Positions 7,853 to 16,655 of a stretch of DNA of 46,078 bases are shown here, one piece after another. Position 1 is the first letter of the stretch, and every line of letters begins with the position of its first letter. The position numbers and the translations under genes are program-made. The notes beneath the pieces are model-generated. The model saw only the letters and a program-made list of their open reading frames with translations. It ran no database searches and was not told the DNA's origin. This DNA comes from Candidatus Hydrogenedentota bacterium (lineage in GTDB: Bacteria > Hydrogenedentota > Hydrogenedentia > Hydrogenedentales > CAITNO01): assembly GCA_007118765.1 (NCBI GenBank), contig SKQZ01000082.1, forward strand, positions 1 to 46,078, read 5' to 3'.

Positions 7853-10800
7853 TTACCGGTCTGGACTGCCGGCCGTAGCCAACCAAAATTTGATTTCTTC
7901 AATCGCAGCATACAGCACGGGGTTCACCAACAGCGTAATCAGCAGCACCACCATGCCCCCGACCGCGGGAATCGCCATGGGGATCATCACATCGCTGCCC
8001 CGTCCCGTGGAGGTAAGTATGGGCAACAACGCCAGTATGGTTGTGGCCGATGTCATGAGACAGGGCCGCAAACGGCGTGTACCCGCTTCAAGGGCGGCGT
8101 CGCGGATGGCCTGTATGGACGCCGGTGTCTTCCGCTGAAACACTTGGTTCAGATAGGTAATCATAACCACGCCGTCGTCCGTGGCGATGCCGAACAACGC
8201 CAGAAATCCCACCCACACCGCCACGCTGAGATTGACGGGCGCAACTTGGAACAGTTCGCGCAGGGGAACGCCAAAGGGACTGTTGTCCAGAAACCACGGC
8301 TGACTGTATAGCCACAAGAGAATAAATCCACCGGACCATGCCGTGATGATGTCGCTGAAAATCACCAGCGTATGTATGATGGAACGAAAATGCTGATAGA
8401 GAATCAGGAAAATGATGAACAATGACAAGGGCAGCACCAGTGCAAGTGTACGGCGCGCCCGCAACTGGTTTTCATACATCCCGGCAAAGCTGTAACTGAC
8501 GCCGCCGGGCAATTCATGGTCAAGATGCCGGCGCAGATGCGCCTGGGCACGTTCGACCACGTCCACCTCCGCTTCGTCGCCCATCTTGTCGAACAACACA
8601 TATCCGGTCAGGAAGGTGTCTTCGCTTTTGATGGCCTGCGGGCCGGGGGTGTATACAATGTCCGCCACCTGCTCCAACGGGATTTGGGCGGGTTTGCCCG
8701 CCGCGGCATCGCGTGCCGGAACCAGTATCCTGTCGAGCGCCTCCGGCGAATCCCGCAGTTCGCGCAAGTACCGGACCCGCACGGGGTACCGTTCCCGTCC
8801 TTCCACCGTGCGCGTGAGCGGCATGCCGCCGATGGCGGTGGAGACAATGTCCTGCGCGTCCAGAATACGGACGCCATGCCGGGCCATGCGCTCGCGGTCC
8901 AGTACAATTTCAAGATACGGTTTGCCAACGATACGGTCGGCGACCACTGCCGCCGGACGCACCCCCTCCACCTGCTTCAGCAATTCCTCCACACGGTAGC
9001 CCACCTGTTCGATGGTTTCCAGGTCGGGCCCTTGTATCTTCACGCCCATGGGGGCGCGCATGCCGCTTTGCAACATCACAATGCGGGCCGATATGGGTTG
9101 CAGCTTGGGCGCGCTGGTCAGCCCTTCAAACTGCGACGCCGCCACAATCTCATGCCAGATGTCGTCCGCCGTTCGAATATGGTCGCGCCATTGCCGATAG
9201 GGCCTTCCGTTGGGGTCGGGGATTAACGCGCCCTCCGCGTCACGTGGATAGACGCCCCCGTCGTTGTCGTACTTAAACCGCAACCGTCGTCCCTCGGCAT
9301 CGCTCTTGTATTCGGGCTTGTAGTTGATGACCGTTTCAATCATGGACACGGGCGCGGGGTCCAGCGGCGTTTCCGCGCGCCCCAGCTTGCCCACCACATC
9401 TTCAACTTCGGGGATGGCCTGTATGGCCATGTCCTTGGCACGCATGATGTCCATTACTTCGCCAATAGACGCATGGGGCATGGTAACGGGCATATACAAG
9501 AATGCGCCTTCGTCGAGGGGCGGCATAAACTCCCGGCCCAATCCCGGGAACGCTTCTTCAAGCCGCTCATGAAAACGGGACTCACGCCAACGTTCCGGCA
9601 ACTGATCCGCCACGGCGCCATAGCCGAACCAAACGACAAAACCCGCCGTCGATATAATTAGCGGCGTCAACAGAAACACGGCCTTATGCCGCAGCAGCAC
9701 ACGCAACAGCGGGGTGTATATCCAATAGAACAACTGAAAAAAGAACAGCAACGACGCCAGCAACGTTGTTACAAATACGATGTTGTGTGCCGGACTGGCC
9801 TGTCCGCCCAAGGGTTCCCACGCTATGGCCAGCGCCGCCGCAAGGCCGATGGCAAGGGCGTAATTGACAATGCTGTTGAGAACGGAGACCACGCGACGGG
9901 GCAACAGCACGGTCACAAGCCAATAGCTTCCGAGGGCGGTGATTGCCCAGCCGGGCGTCCCGAGGAACACGGGCGCGAGCAGTGAGAGATGAAATGCCAC
10001 CAGCACAACCACAACATACAGACGTCGTCTTCGGGGCTGTATCGTGCGATATAACAGTTGCGCCAGCGGCGGCAGCAGCGTCAATGTCAAGACAATGGAG
10101 GCAAAGAGTGCGAAGGTCTTGGTATAGGCCAGCGGGCTGAACAACTTGCCTTCTGCGCCGGTCATGGTGAATACGGGAAGAAAGCTTACAATCGTTGTGG
10201 CCACGGCCGTTGTAATGGCGCCACCGACTTCCGCCGCCGCTTCGTACACAATGGCGCTTCTGTCATCATCCGGACGTGCCTCGCTCAAGCGGGCAAGGAT
10301 GTTCTCGCAGAGCACAATCCCCATATCCACCACGGTGCCGATGGCGATGGCAATGCCGGACAGCGCCACGATGTTTGCTTCCACGCCGCCCAGCCGCATC
10401 ATGATGAAACAAGCCAGTACGGCCAAGGGCAACAAGGACGATATCAGCAGCGAACTGCGGATGTGTCGCATCATCACGATAATCACAATCACGGCAACCA
10501 GAATCTGGTTGGTCAAAGCGTCATACAACGTGGCCAGGGTTTCCCGGATCAGCCCGGAACGATCATAAAAGGGGACGATGGTCACCTGCGAAACGGTGCC
10601 GTCGTCAAGTGTCTTGCGGGGAAGCCCCGGCGCTATCTCCGCGATTTTGTCTTGAACATTCCGAATCACGGCCATCGGGTTGTCTCCGTAGCGCGCCGTG
10701 ACCACGCCGCCCACCGCTTCCGCACCTGCCTTGTCCAGCGCTCCCCGGCGTTCAACGGGGCCCAGTGCGACATGGGCCACATTGCTGATATACACCGGTG

Positions 10801-11653
10801 TGCCGTCTGTTGCGCCGATAACCGTGTTCTCAATATCTTCCAGCGCAGTAATGAACCCGACGCCGCGCACGATATACTCCACCTGGTTGATTTCGATGGT
10901 GCGCGCACCCACATCAAGGTTCGAACGACGCACCGCATCCGCCACCTCGGGCAGGGTGACGCCCCATGCGCGCATGGCGTCCGGATCCACATCTATCTGG
11001 TATTCCCGCTGAAAGCCGCCCACCGACGCCACCTCGGCCACGCCCCCCGCAGACGCAAGCGCATACCGAACGTGCCAGTCCTGTATGCTGCGCAACTCAT
11101 CCAAATCCCAACCGCCCATCGGGTTTCCATCCGGGTCGCGTCCTTCAAGGGTATACCAAAAAATCTGGCCCAAGGCGGTGGCATCAGGGCCCAAAGTCGG
11201 CTGCGCATCGTCGGGCAAGGTATCCGCGGGAAGACTCGCCAGCTTTTCGAGGACACGACTGCGTGACCAGTAAAACTCAACATTGTCCTCGAAAATGATG
11301 TATATCGTGGAAAAGCCGAACATGGACAGGGAACGAACCGTCCGAACGCCGGGTATGCCAAGCAGATTTACCGTTAACGGATAGGTAACCTGGTCTTCAA
11401 TATCCTGTGGCGAACGCCCCGGCCAATCGGTAAAAACGATTTGCTGATTCTCCCCGATGTCCGGTATGGCATCCACCGAAACCGGGAAACGGGGCACAAA
11501 GGGAATGTCCCAGTCGAAAGGCGCGGTCAACAGGCCCCAGCCCACCAACATGACCAGCAGCAATATAAGCAGAAGCGGGTTCTGCATGCAGAAATGAATA
11601 AGCCGTCCAACAAGGCCGTGCGTTGGTTTTTCAGCATCATGTTTCATGCTCAT
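7853..11653 (-). CDS. cusA: Heavy-metal efflux RND permease, CusA/CzcA family (1266 aa, extended form)
   Basis: Hallmark strings DAIPDIGENQQIVFTDWPGRSPQDIEDQVTYPLT and GREFMPPLDEGAFLYMP. There are many TM segments. ATG 11653 has AAGGA 7 nt upstream; the ORF-track start 11680 is also possible. Confidence 0.9.
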   Translation of the reverse strand: MSMKHDAEKPTHGLVGRLIHFCMQNPLLLILLLVMLVGWGLLTAPFDWDIPFVPRFPVSVDAIPDIGENQQIVFTDWPGRSPQDIEDQVTYPLTVNLLGIPGVRTVRSLSMFGFSTIYIIFEDNVEFYWSRSRVLEKLASLPADTLPDDAQPTLGPDATALGQIFWYTLEGRDPDGNPMGGWDLDELRSIQDWHVRYALASAGGVAEVASVGGFQREYQIDVDPDAMRAWGVTLPEVADAVRRSNLDVGARTIEINQVEYIVRGVGFITALEDIENTVIGATDGTPVYISNVAHVALGPVERRGALDKAGAEAVGGVVTARYGDNPMAVIRNVQDKIAEIAPGLPRKTLDDGTVSQVTIVPFYDRSGLIRETLATLYDALTNQILVAVIVIIVMMRHIRSSLLISSLLPLAVLACFIMMRLGGVEANIVALSGIAIAIGTVVDMGIVLCENILARLSEARPDDDRSAIVYEAAAEVGGAITTAVATTIVSFLPVFTMTGAEGKLFSPLAYTKTFALFASIVLTLTLLPPLAQLLYRTIQPRRRRLYVVVVLVAFHLSLLAPVFLGTPGWAITALGSYWLVTVLLPRRVVSVLNSIVNYALAIGLAAALAIAWEPLGGQASPAHNIVFVTTLLASLLFFFQLFYWIYTPLLRVLLRHKAVFLLTPLIISTAGFVVWFGYGAVADQLPERWRESRFHERLEEAFPGLGREFMPPLDEGAFLYMPVTMPHASIGEVMDIMRAKDMAIQAIPEVEDVVGKLGRAETPLDPAPVSMIETVINYKPEYKSDAEGRRLRFKYDNDGGVYPRDAEGALIPDPNGRPYRQWRDHIRTADDIWHEIVAASQFEGLTSAPKLQPISARIVMLQSGMRAPMGVKIQGPDLETIEQVGYRVEELLKQVEGVRPAAVVADRIVGKPYLEIVLDRERMARHGVRILDAQDIVSTAIGGMPLTRTVEGRERYPVRVRYLRELRDSPEALDRILVPARDAAAGKPAQIPLEQVADIVYTPGPQAIKSEDTFLTGYVLFDKMGDEAEVDVVERAQAHLRRHLDHELPGGVSYSFAGMYENQLRARRTLALVLPLSLFIIFLILYQHFRSIIHTLVIFSDIITAWSGGFILLWLYSQPWFLDNSPFGVPLRELFQVAPVNLSVAVWVGFLALFGIATDDGVVMITYLNQVFQRKTPASIQAIRDAALEAGTRRLRPCLMTSATTILALLPILTSTGRGSDVMIPMAIPAVGGMVVLLITLLVNPVLYAAIEEIKFWLATAGSPDR

Positions 11654-11683
11654 TATCCTGTCCTTGATTGCAATGTACACCCG

Positions 11684-13744
11684 TCACTGATTGGTCGGGT
11701 CGGGGCCGTAACGTTCTTGAATAACGCCACACGCCAACATGGATGCGCCAAAGTACGGATTGCGCACCTCATCGCCCTGTTGCAGCCAATCCGCGCCGGT
11801 GTCATCAAAAGCCATTGGGCAGTGCACCTGCACCATCGGCGAATCAGGGATGTTCGGCAGTTGTTGCGCCAGATCGATCAGCACATCCGAGATGGGCTGG
11901 AAATGCCGGCGCATTGTTTCAATGTCATCTGTCGCCGCAGCCGCGCGCGCGGCGTCTTGCAGCCGTTTCAAGGGGCTTCCCATTGCTTCAGACGCCTCGG
12001 TGGGCACGGCCTCCTGTGTTGCCGTTACTTGTGAGAGTATCGCTGCGAAACCGTCCGCAGATGCGTCGCTGTCGTCCGCTGCCAGGGCCTGCTGTGTTTC
12101 AATATAGCCGTTGAACAGGGCGGACAGGGCGGTGTGTGTGGCTTCATCAAGCGCCGGCGGCAACGCATGTTCCGGCGCTATTTCACAACAACTGGGCGCG
12201 TCCTCATCCGGTGTATGCGCATGTTCCGGCGCTGTTTCACAACAGCTGGGCGCGTCCTCATCCGGTGTATGCGCGTGTTCCGGCGGCGCTGCCTGCATCA
12301 TGCTTGGACGCGTCCGTATTTGCAGCGCGGAGTCAATGCGGAATGCGCCCCGCGACACAACCTCTTCGCCGTCAACAAGGCCTTCCCGCACCACATAGTA
12401 GTCGCCCGCACGCGGCCCCAACAGGATTTCCCGACCTTCAAAGGTTGGCCGATCCTGATCAGGAACAACCACATAGACCACGGCGCGTGTGCCGGTGATC
12501 AAAGGCGCTGACGCGGGAATCAGCAGCGGCGGTGTGCCGTCCGGGTTTGTGACGGACGCTTTCACCACGGCCCGCGCAAACATACCCGGCTTCAAAAGGC
12601 CCGCCTCGTTGGAAACCTCGACCCGCACGTTGGCTGTCCGCGCCCGGCTGCTGAGAACGGGGTCAATAAACGCGACGTGCCCTTCAAAGGTTTCTCCGGG
12701 CAACGCATCCACGGTAAACAGCACCGATTGGTCGGAGTGAATCCACGGCAAATCACTTTCGTACGCCTTCAGTTGCACCCATACCACCGACAAGTCCGCC
12801 ACCGTAAACACAGGCGTGCCGGTTTCCACATAATCCCCCTGCTGTACGTGTCGCTCCAGTACGGTGCCGCTTATGGGCGCGGGGATGGTAATGACAGGGT
12901 CATCAGCGGCATCCTGTTCCAGTGCGCGCACTTGCGCTTCCGACAGTCCCCAAAGCCGCAACCGTTCCCGCGCTGCTTTTACAGCGCTGTCGGCGGCGGC
13001 GCGGGCGCCGGACAAGGCCCCATCGGACAGGCGTGCCGCGCTCTGTTTCGCCTGCAGCAATTCAGCACGGGCGGTCAACAGTTCCGGGCTGTACAACCCG
13101 GCAAGGGGCGCGCCCCGTTCGACCTGCGCGCCGGTGTATCGAACATACAAGCGGTCCAGCCGACCGTTTACATAGGCTGTTACCCGTGCCAGGCGCGTTT
13201 CATCCGCCTCCACCATGCCCACCAGCCGCCGTTCATGGGTTCCCGGCTGCCGGGTTACGGTGGTTGTCTGGATGTCCGCCAATGCACGCGCCTCCTCGGA
13301 CATTACGAACTGCCGTTCCACATCGCCTTCCGCCGCCGGTTCATCATGCACAAGCACCATGTCCATGCCACACACGGGACATGCTCCGGGTTCCGGCAAG
13401 GGCGGCACACAAAACATGGCACAGGCATAACCTGCGGGTTCGTCCGTTGTTTCCGGTTCCGCCTCAGGCGGCGGGGGCGCCTCCAATTCTTCGGGCACCA
13501 GTTCCATGCCACAGATGGGGCAGTCGCCCGGTTCGGACATGCGCACTTCCGGATGCATGGGGCACGTCCATACCGCTTCGGGGGGGGCCTCCGGCGCAAC
13601 GGTATGTGTGTCCGCCGTCGGTTCTCCGCCCCAATGGACGCCTATTGTAAACGCAGCCCACACGGCTATGCCGAACACAAGTATCATTATGACATGCGAA
13701 ACAATCCATCGCAGCGCATGTGTTGCCATTGCTGTCTTAGTCAT
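11684..13744 (-). CDS. cusB: RND periplasmic adaptor (CusB-like MFP) with two N-terminal Cys4 heavy-metal-binding motifs and a DUF3347-like C-terminal domain
   Basis: A TM anchor is followed by WTCPMHPEVRMSEPGDCPICGMELVP and YACAMFCVPPLPEPGACPVCGMDMVLV. The MFP core includes ITIPAPISGTVLERHVQQGDYV. The C-terminus VHCPMAFDDTGADWLQQGDEVRNPYFGASMLACG is DUF3347-like. ATG 13744 overlaps the upstream stop by 8 nt. Confidence 0.85.
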   Translation of the reverse strand: MTKTAMATHALRWIVSHVIMILVFGIAVWAAFTIGVHWGGEPTADTHTVAPEAPPEAVWTCPMHPEVRMSEPGDCPICGMELVPEELEAPPPPEAEPETTDEPAGYACAMFCVPPLPEPGACPVCGMDMVLVHDEPAAEGDVERQFVMSEEARALADIQTTTVTRQPGTHERRLVGMVEADETRLARVTAYVNGRLDRLYVRYTGAQVERGAPLAGLYSPELLTARAELLQAKQSAARLSDGALSGARAAADSAVKAARERLRLWGLSEAQVRALEQDAADDPVITIPAPISGTVLERHVQQGDYVETGTPVFTVADLSVVWVQLKAYESDLPWIHSDQSVLFTVDALPGETFEGHVAFIDPVLSSRARTANVRVEVSNEAGLLKPGMFARAVVKASVTNPDGTPPLLIPASAPLITGTRAVVYVVVPDQDRPTFEGREILLGPRAGDYYVVREGLVDGEEVVSRGAFRIDSALQIRTRPSMMQAAPPEHAHTPDEDAPSCCETAPEHAHTPDEDAPSCCEIAPEHALPPALDEATHTALSALFNGYIETQQALAADDSDASADGFAAILSQVTATQEAVPTEASEAMGSPLKRLQDAARAAAATDDIETMRRHFQPISDVLIDLAQQLPNIPDSPMVQVHCPMAFDDTGADWLQQGDEVRNPYFGASMLACGVIQERYGPDPTNQ
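12165..12286. repeat. In-frame 54-bp tandem repeat (2 full units plus about 14 nt) inside cusB-like gene
   Basis: Units 12165-12218 and 12219-12272 differ at 2 of 54 positions. On the minus strand they encode PEHAHTPDEDAPSCCE(T/I)A twice, followed by a partial PEHA. Confidence 0.9.
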
Positions 13745-15320
13745 GAGGGGCCTCCTCCCCGGACGCCTGTATGTTGTCGGCCTGTTCTGCAAACACAAAG
13801 CGGGCGCCCGTAATGCGCTGGATGTCCACCAACAGCAACAACGCATCTCGTTTAAGTTCCAACTGTTCCTGTTGTGTCCGCACCAACGTACGCAGTGCGT
13901 CCAGCAGACTGATGTAATCGCCGATACCGGTTTCGTATTCCACCCGGCCGGTCTCGTAGGTATCCAGCGCCAGTGGAATCAGTGTCTTCTCATATACCGT
14001 TATCCGGTCCGCCATGCTGTACAGTTGTTCAAAAGCGGATTCCAGCGCGGCGGCGGTGTTAATCTCAAGCGCTCGTCTGCGGTGTTGTGCTTCGGTTTCG
14101 CGCAGCCGCGCTTCCGCCTGCTGTGCGCGACGGCGGGCATTGGGCACGGGGATGGTGATGCCCACAATCACGCCGACAGTATCGCGGCGGCCGGAAGCGG
14201 CCATGTTCATGGAAGCCGCGGCGCTGTTCATATATTCAAGTCCCGCCACAAAATCGGGGCGGTACTCTTCCCGTGCAAGGGCTTGGGCGAGCCGGCCTAT
14301 TTCAATTTCCCGATCTATTTTCGTCGCTTCCGGCAGCAGTTGCATGGCCACCGTCAACAATTCGTCCGGTGTCGCATCGGGCAGGGTCAACGGCAGCGCG
14401 TCGAAATCCGTCACGGGCTGTCCGACATGAAGCGCGTCGGCAAGCGGATCATCATCAATGTGGGCGCGCAGTGCGGCATAGCGGGATGCCAGACGGCCGG
14501 GGAAAGCGAGCAGTTCATTGTCCAGCCGGGCCAACTCGGTTTGTGCCATCAGCACCGGTTGACGGCCATGGCGACCAACGGCATAGCCGGCCAACGCGCT
14601 TTCCAGAAACTGTTCCACATAGGCCTTTTCCTGACGGATAAGCGCAAGGTGTGCGTAGTCGTGGGACAAGGAATAATACTGGCGCGACAGATCGTGAATG
14701 ATATCCAACAGCCGGATATTGTGCGTTTCAAAAGCCGCTGCCGCTTCCTCCCCGGCAATTTGTCCCTGTAGCCGCAGCCGTGCGGGCCAGGGAATGGGTT
14801 GTACCGCCTGCAAGGTGTATGCCGTCGTACTCGGCATGGAAGTGCGTTGCGGAAATTGCACGGCAGGCGGCGGGAACAGAGGCGTTCCGGGCATGGCGCC
14901 GCCCCGTGACCGGGAAACCTTAACCTGTGCCGATGGATCGGGCAGGGACGTTTCCTGTGGAATACGCTGCAATTGTGCGGCATAGTGGGCGAGATCGCCC
15001 TGAAGATCCGGATTCGTTCGCAACGCCGCCCCAATCAATGCGTCCAACGCCACCGTGTCCGTTGATGCCGGCATGGCAAACAACGACTCCGGTTCATGCC
15101 GGATCGTGTCCGGCATGTGTGCGGAAAGGGTGATGGCGGGCGGCAATGTCGGGCTGGCAGGCGACGGCGCCTCCGGTGAATGCACACACCCCGCCGCAAG
15201 GAGGACAAGGGGCAGGGCAAAAATGCACCAGCGGCTGCCCCATGCTATCCGTCCGGACATCGGGCGCGGCGTTGCCTGTTTGCGGGGCGTACTGTTTTGG
15301 ATGTACACGTACTTGTTCAT
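13737..15320 (-). CDS. Outer membrane efflux factor (TolC/NodT family), probable lipoprotein
   Basis: Two OEP-type coiled-coil repeats. The signal ends ...ALPLVLLAAGC (lipobox-like). The start is uncertain: ATG 15320 has GAAAGG upstream, and ATG 15260 is the alternative. Confidence 0.8.
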   Translation of the reverse strand: MNKYVYIQNSTPRKQATPRPMSGRIAWGSRWCIFALPLVLLAAGCVHSPEAPSPASPTLPPAITLSAHMPDTIRHEPESLFAMPASTDTVALDALIGAALRTNPDLQGDLAHYAAQLQRIPQETSLPDPSAQVKVSRSRGGAMPGTPLFPPPAVQFPQRTSMPSTTAYTLQAVQPIPWPARLRLQGQIAGEEAAAAFETHNIRLLDIIHDLSRQYYSLSHDYAHLALIRQEKAYVEQFLESALAGYAVGRHGRQPVLMAQTELARLDNELLAFPGRLASRYAALRAHIDDDPLADALHVGQPVTDFDALPLTLPDATPDELLTVAMQLLPEATKIDREIEIGRLAQALAREEYRPDFVAGLEYMNSAAASMNMAASGRRDTVGVIVGITIPVPNARRRAQQAEARLRETEAQHRRRALEINTAAALESAFEQLYSMADRITVYEKTLIPLALDTYETGRVEYETGIGDYISLLDALRTLVRTQQEQLELKRDALLLLVDIQRITGARFVFAEQADNIQASGEEAPHD

Positions 15321-15349
15321 GACGCGAACCTTTCGGTAGCGTGCCCCGC

Positions 15350-15370
15350 GAGATGAAGACATGTCATCTC
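15350..15370. other. Perfect 7-bp stem / 7-nt loop hairpin between the YHS-like gene and the OMF gene
   Basis: GAGATGA-agacatg-TCATCTC, read directly from the sequence. It lies in the intercistronic gap 15321-15437. Confidence 0.4.
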
Positions 15371-15437
15371 ACGGCGACACGTGCCATCTTGTGTAATAAA
15401 GACCGATTCATTTGTTGTATTCACGCAGAAACGGCCG

Positions 15438-16079
15438 CTATTCCTCGGCGTCAGCATGCAAGTACTGCGGCGGATCTTTCCGAATCTCCGCCGCGCACGC
15501 TTCCGTATGAAGCCACAACACCTGGTTCGCGATTACCAGCGCCGTGGGCGTGTCGCCCAACGCTTCGCCGGTGACGGCACAGGTATCCGGTATGCCGGCC
15601 GCCTGTGCTTTTTCCACTGCGGCGGCATCCAGCTTCGTCAAGTATTGTTCCGGGTTCTGTTCAAAGCGGCTCACGCAACCGGCGCAGCAAAAACGCACCA
15701 GTCTGTTGTGGTGAACATACTCAACCGGGGCGCCCATGCTGCCCAATTCGGTGTTCATGACCACGCATTGGTCGGTGGGATAGTGTTCCCGCTGCTGTTC
15801 GATAACAGCGGCATCTATGGCGGCGGCATACGTTTCGATATCCGCCCGATACCGGCCAATACAGCCTGCGCAACAAAAACGCACTTCCCGGTCGTCTATG
15901 GTTTCGATCACAGCGCCGCCCATGGCATCAAGGGATTGCCCGGTTACAGGGCATGTTGCGAGGGGGTAGGTGGTGCTGTCGCTTATTACGGCATGGTCTG
16001 TTGCGTACGAAACGCCCACGGCAAGCATCATGCTTGCAGCCAATACGATATAACGTCCAAAGATATTCTGTGTGTTCAT
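15438..16079 (-). CDS. Secreted protein with three YHS/TRASH-like Cys-motif repeats (putative periplasmic metal-binding protein)
   Basis: Signal peptide MNTQNIFGRYIVLAASMMLAVGVSYA. Repeats 1 and 2 follow C-x-V-x(about 22)-VRFCCAGC-x3-(Y/F)-x(3,4)-(I/P)-x2-Y; repeat 3 is degenerate (CAVTG...LHTEACAAEIRKDPPQY). A strong AAGGAG SD precedes the ATG. Confidence 0.7.
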   Translation of the reverse strand: MNTQNIFGRYIVLAASMMLAVGVSYATDHAVISDSTTYPLATCPVTGQSLDAMGGAVIETIDDREVRFCCAGCIGRYRADIETYAAAIDAAVIEQQREHYPTDQCVVMNTELGSMGAPVEYVHHNRLVRFCCAGCVSRFEQNPEQYLTKLDAAAVEKAQAAGIPDTCAVTGEALGDTPTALVIANQVLWLHTEACAAEIRKDPPQYLHADAEE

Positions 16080-16149
16080 GACAACGTCTCCTTAACATGT
16101 GGATATGAGGTTTACAAGTGAAAAGAAACAATCCCCTCCCGAACCAGTA

Positions 16150-16602
16150 TCAACACAACAGGAGACAATAGGACAGGTGGCGGGGAGTGGAACCCGGCGG
16201 CGGGAGGCCGGTCGTGGCATCATGTGCATGCAGACGGTCAGAAAAGGCGTTGTTGGCCACGGGGAAAGACGCCGCAACAAAACAAAATGCCGGTACAGGC
16301 GGATTATGAAGAACACCTGCAATCATGACAGGGTCATCAAGGGCATGGAGGCATACCCCGTTGTGGTCAACGCCTTGGGAGCAGCCGGCAGGTGCATTGT
16401 TCGCTTGGACAGACGGGACAGCGTGGGGGGTCGGCTGTGTTGTCACATCACAGCACGCCACCGGGGAAGGCGCGTCGGCGGGTGTAATACACGCCGTACA
16501 AGGCTGTGGACACGGGCAGGCAAGAACCGACAGCAACGGGAAGGCAACAACAAGCGCCAGAACCAGCAGGAATCGAGCGTTATGTCCGGCATATATCTGC
16601 AT
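16150..16602 (-). CDS. Hypothetical Cys/His/Pro-rich secreted protein (150 aa) at the head of the efflux locus
   Basis: GAGG lies 6 nt upstream of ATG 16602. The N-terminal hydrophobic signal ARFLLVLALVVAFPLLSVLA is followed by CPCPQPCTAC and VACC. The opposite-strand ORF is Arg-rich and looks like a shadow ORF. I recognise no family. Confidence 0.4.
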   Translation of the reverse strand: MQIYAGHNARFLLVLALVVAFPLLSVLACPCPQPCTACITPADAPSPVACCDVTTQPTPHAVPSVQANNAPAGCSQGVDHNGVCLHALDDPVMIAGVLHNPPVPAFCFVAASFPVANNAFSDRLHAHDATTGLPPPGSTPRHLSYCLLLC

Positions 16603-16655
16603 GTGAACCTCAATGTTACCGCGTTTTTGCATGCATTTGTTGTGTCTATTCTCTC

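Noticed and set aside
7635-7886. N-terminal extensions in the ORF track (proB 7635-7886; MEMO 26794-27078; GH38 31583-31714; permease 39724-40122; ispH 44648-44767; GDPD 32882-32974)
   Set aside because: The extensions lack homology-like sequence and overlap neighbouring genes or intergenic repeats. The internal ATGs carry better SD sequences and canonical family N-termini.
10058-11266. 402-aa plus-strand ORF, and similar long ORFs at 12677-13813, 13506-14771, 17766-18797, 20204-21808, 33422-34546 and 35052-36221
   Set aside because: These are Arg/Gly/His/Pro-rich low-complexity products lying antisense to genes with clear family signatures. They are typical shadow ORFs of GC-rich DNA.
12165-12286. 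Possible CRISPR-like or minisatellite array
   Set aside because: There are only about 2.3 directly abutting units with no spacers. The repeat is in frame inside the cusB-like CDS, so it is a coding tandem duplication.
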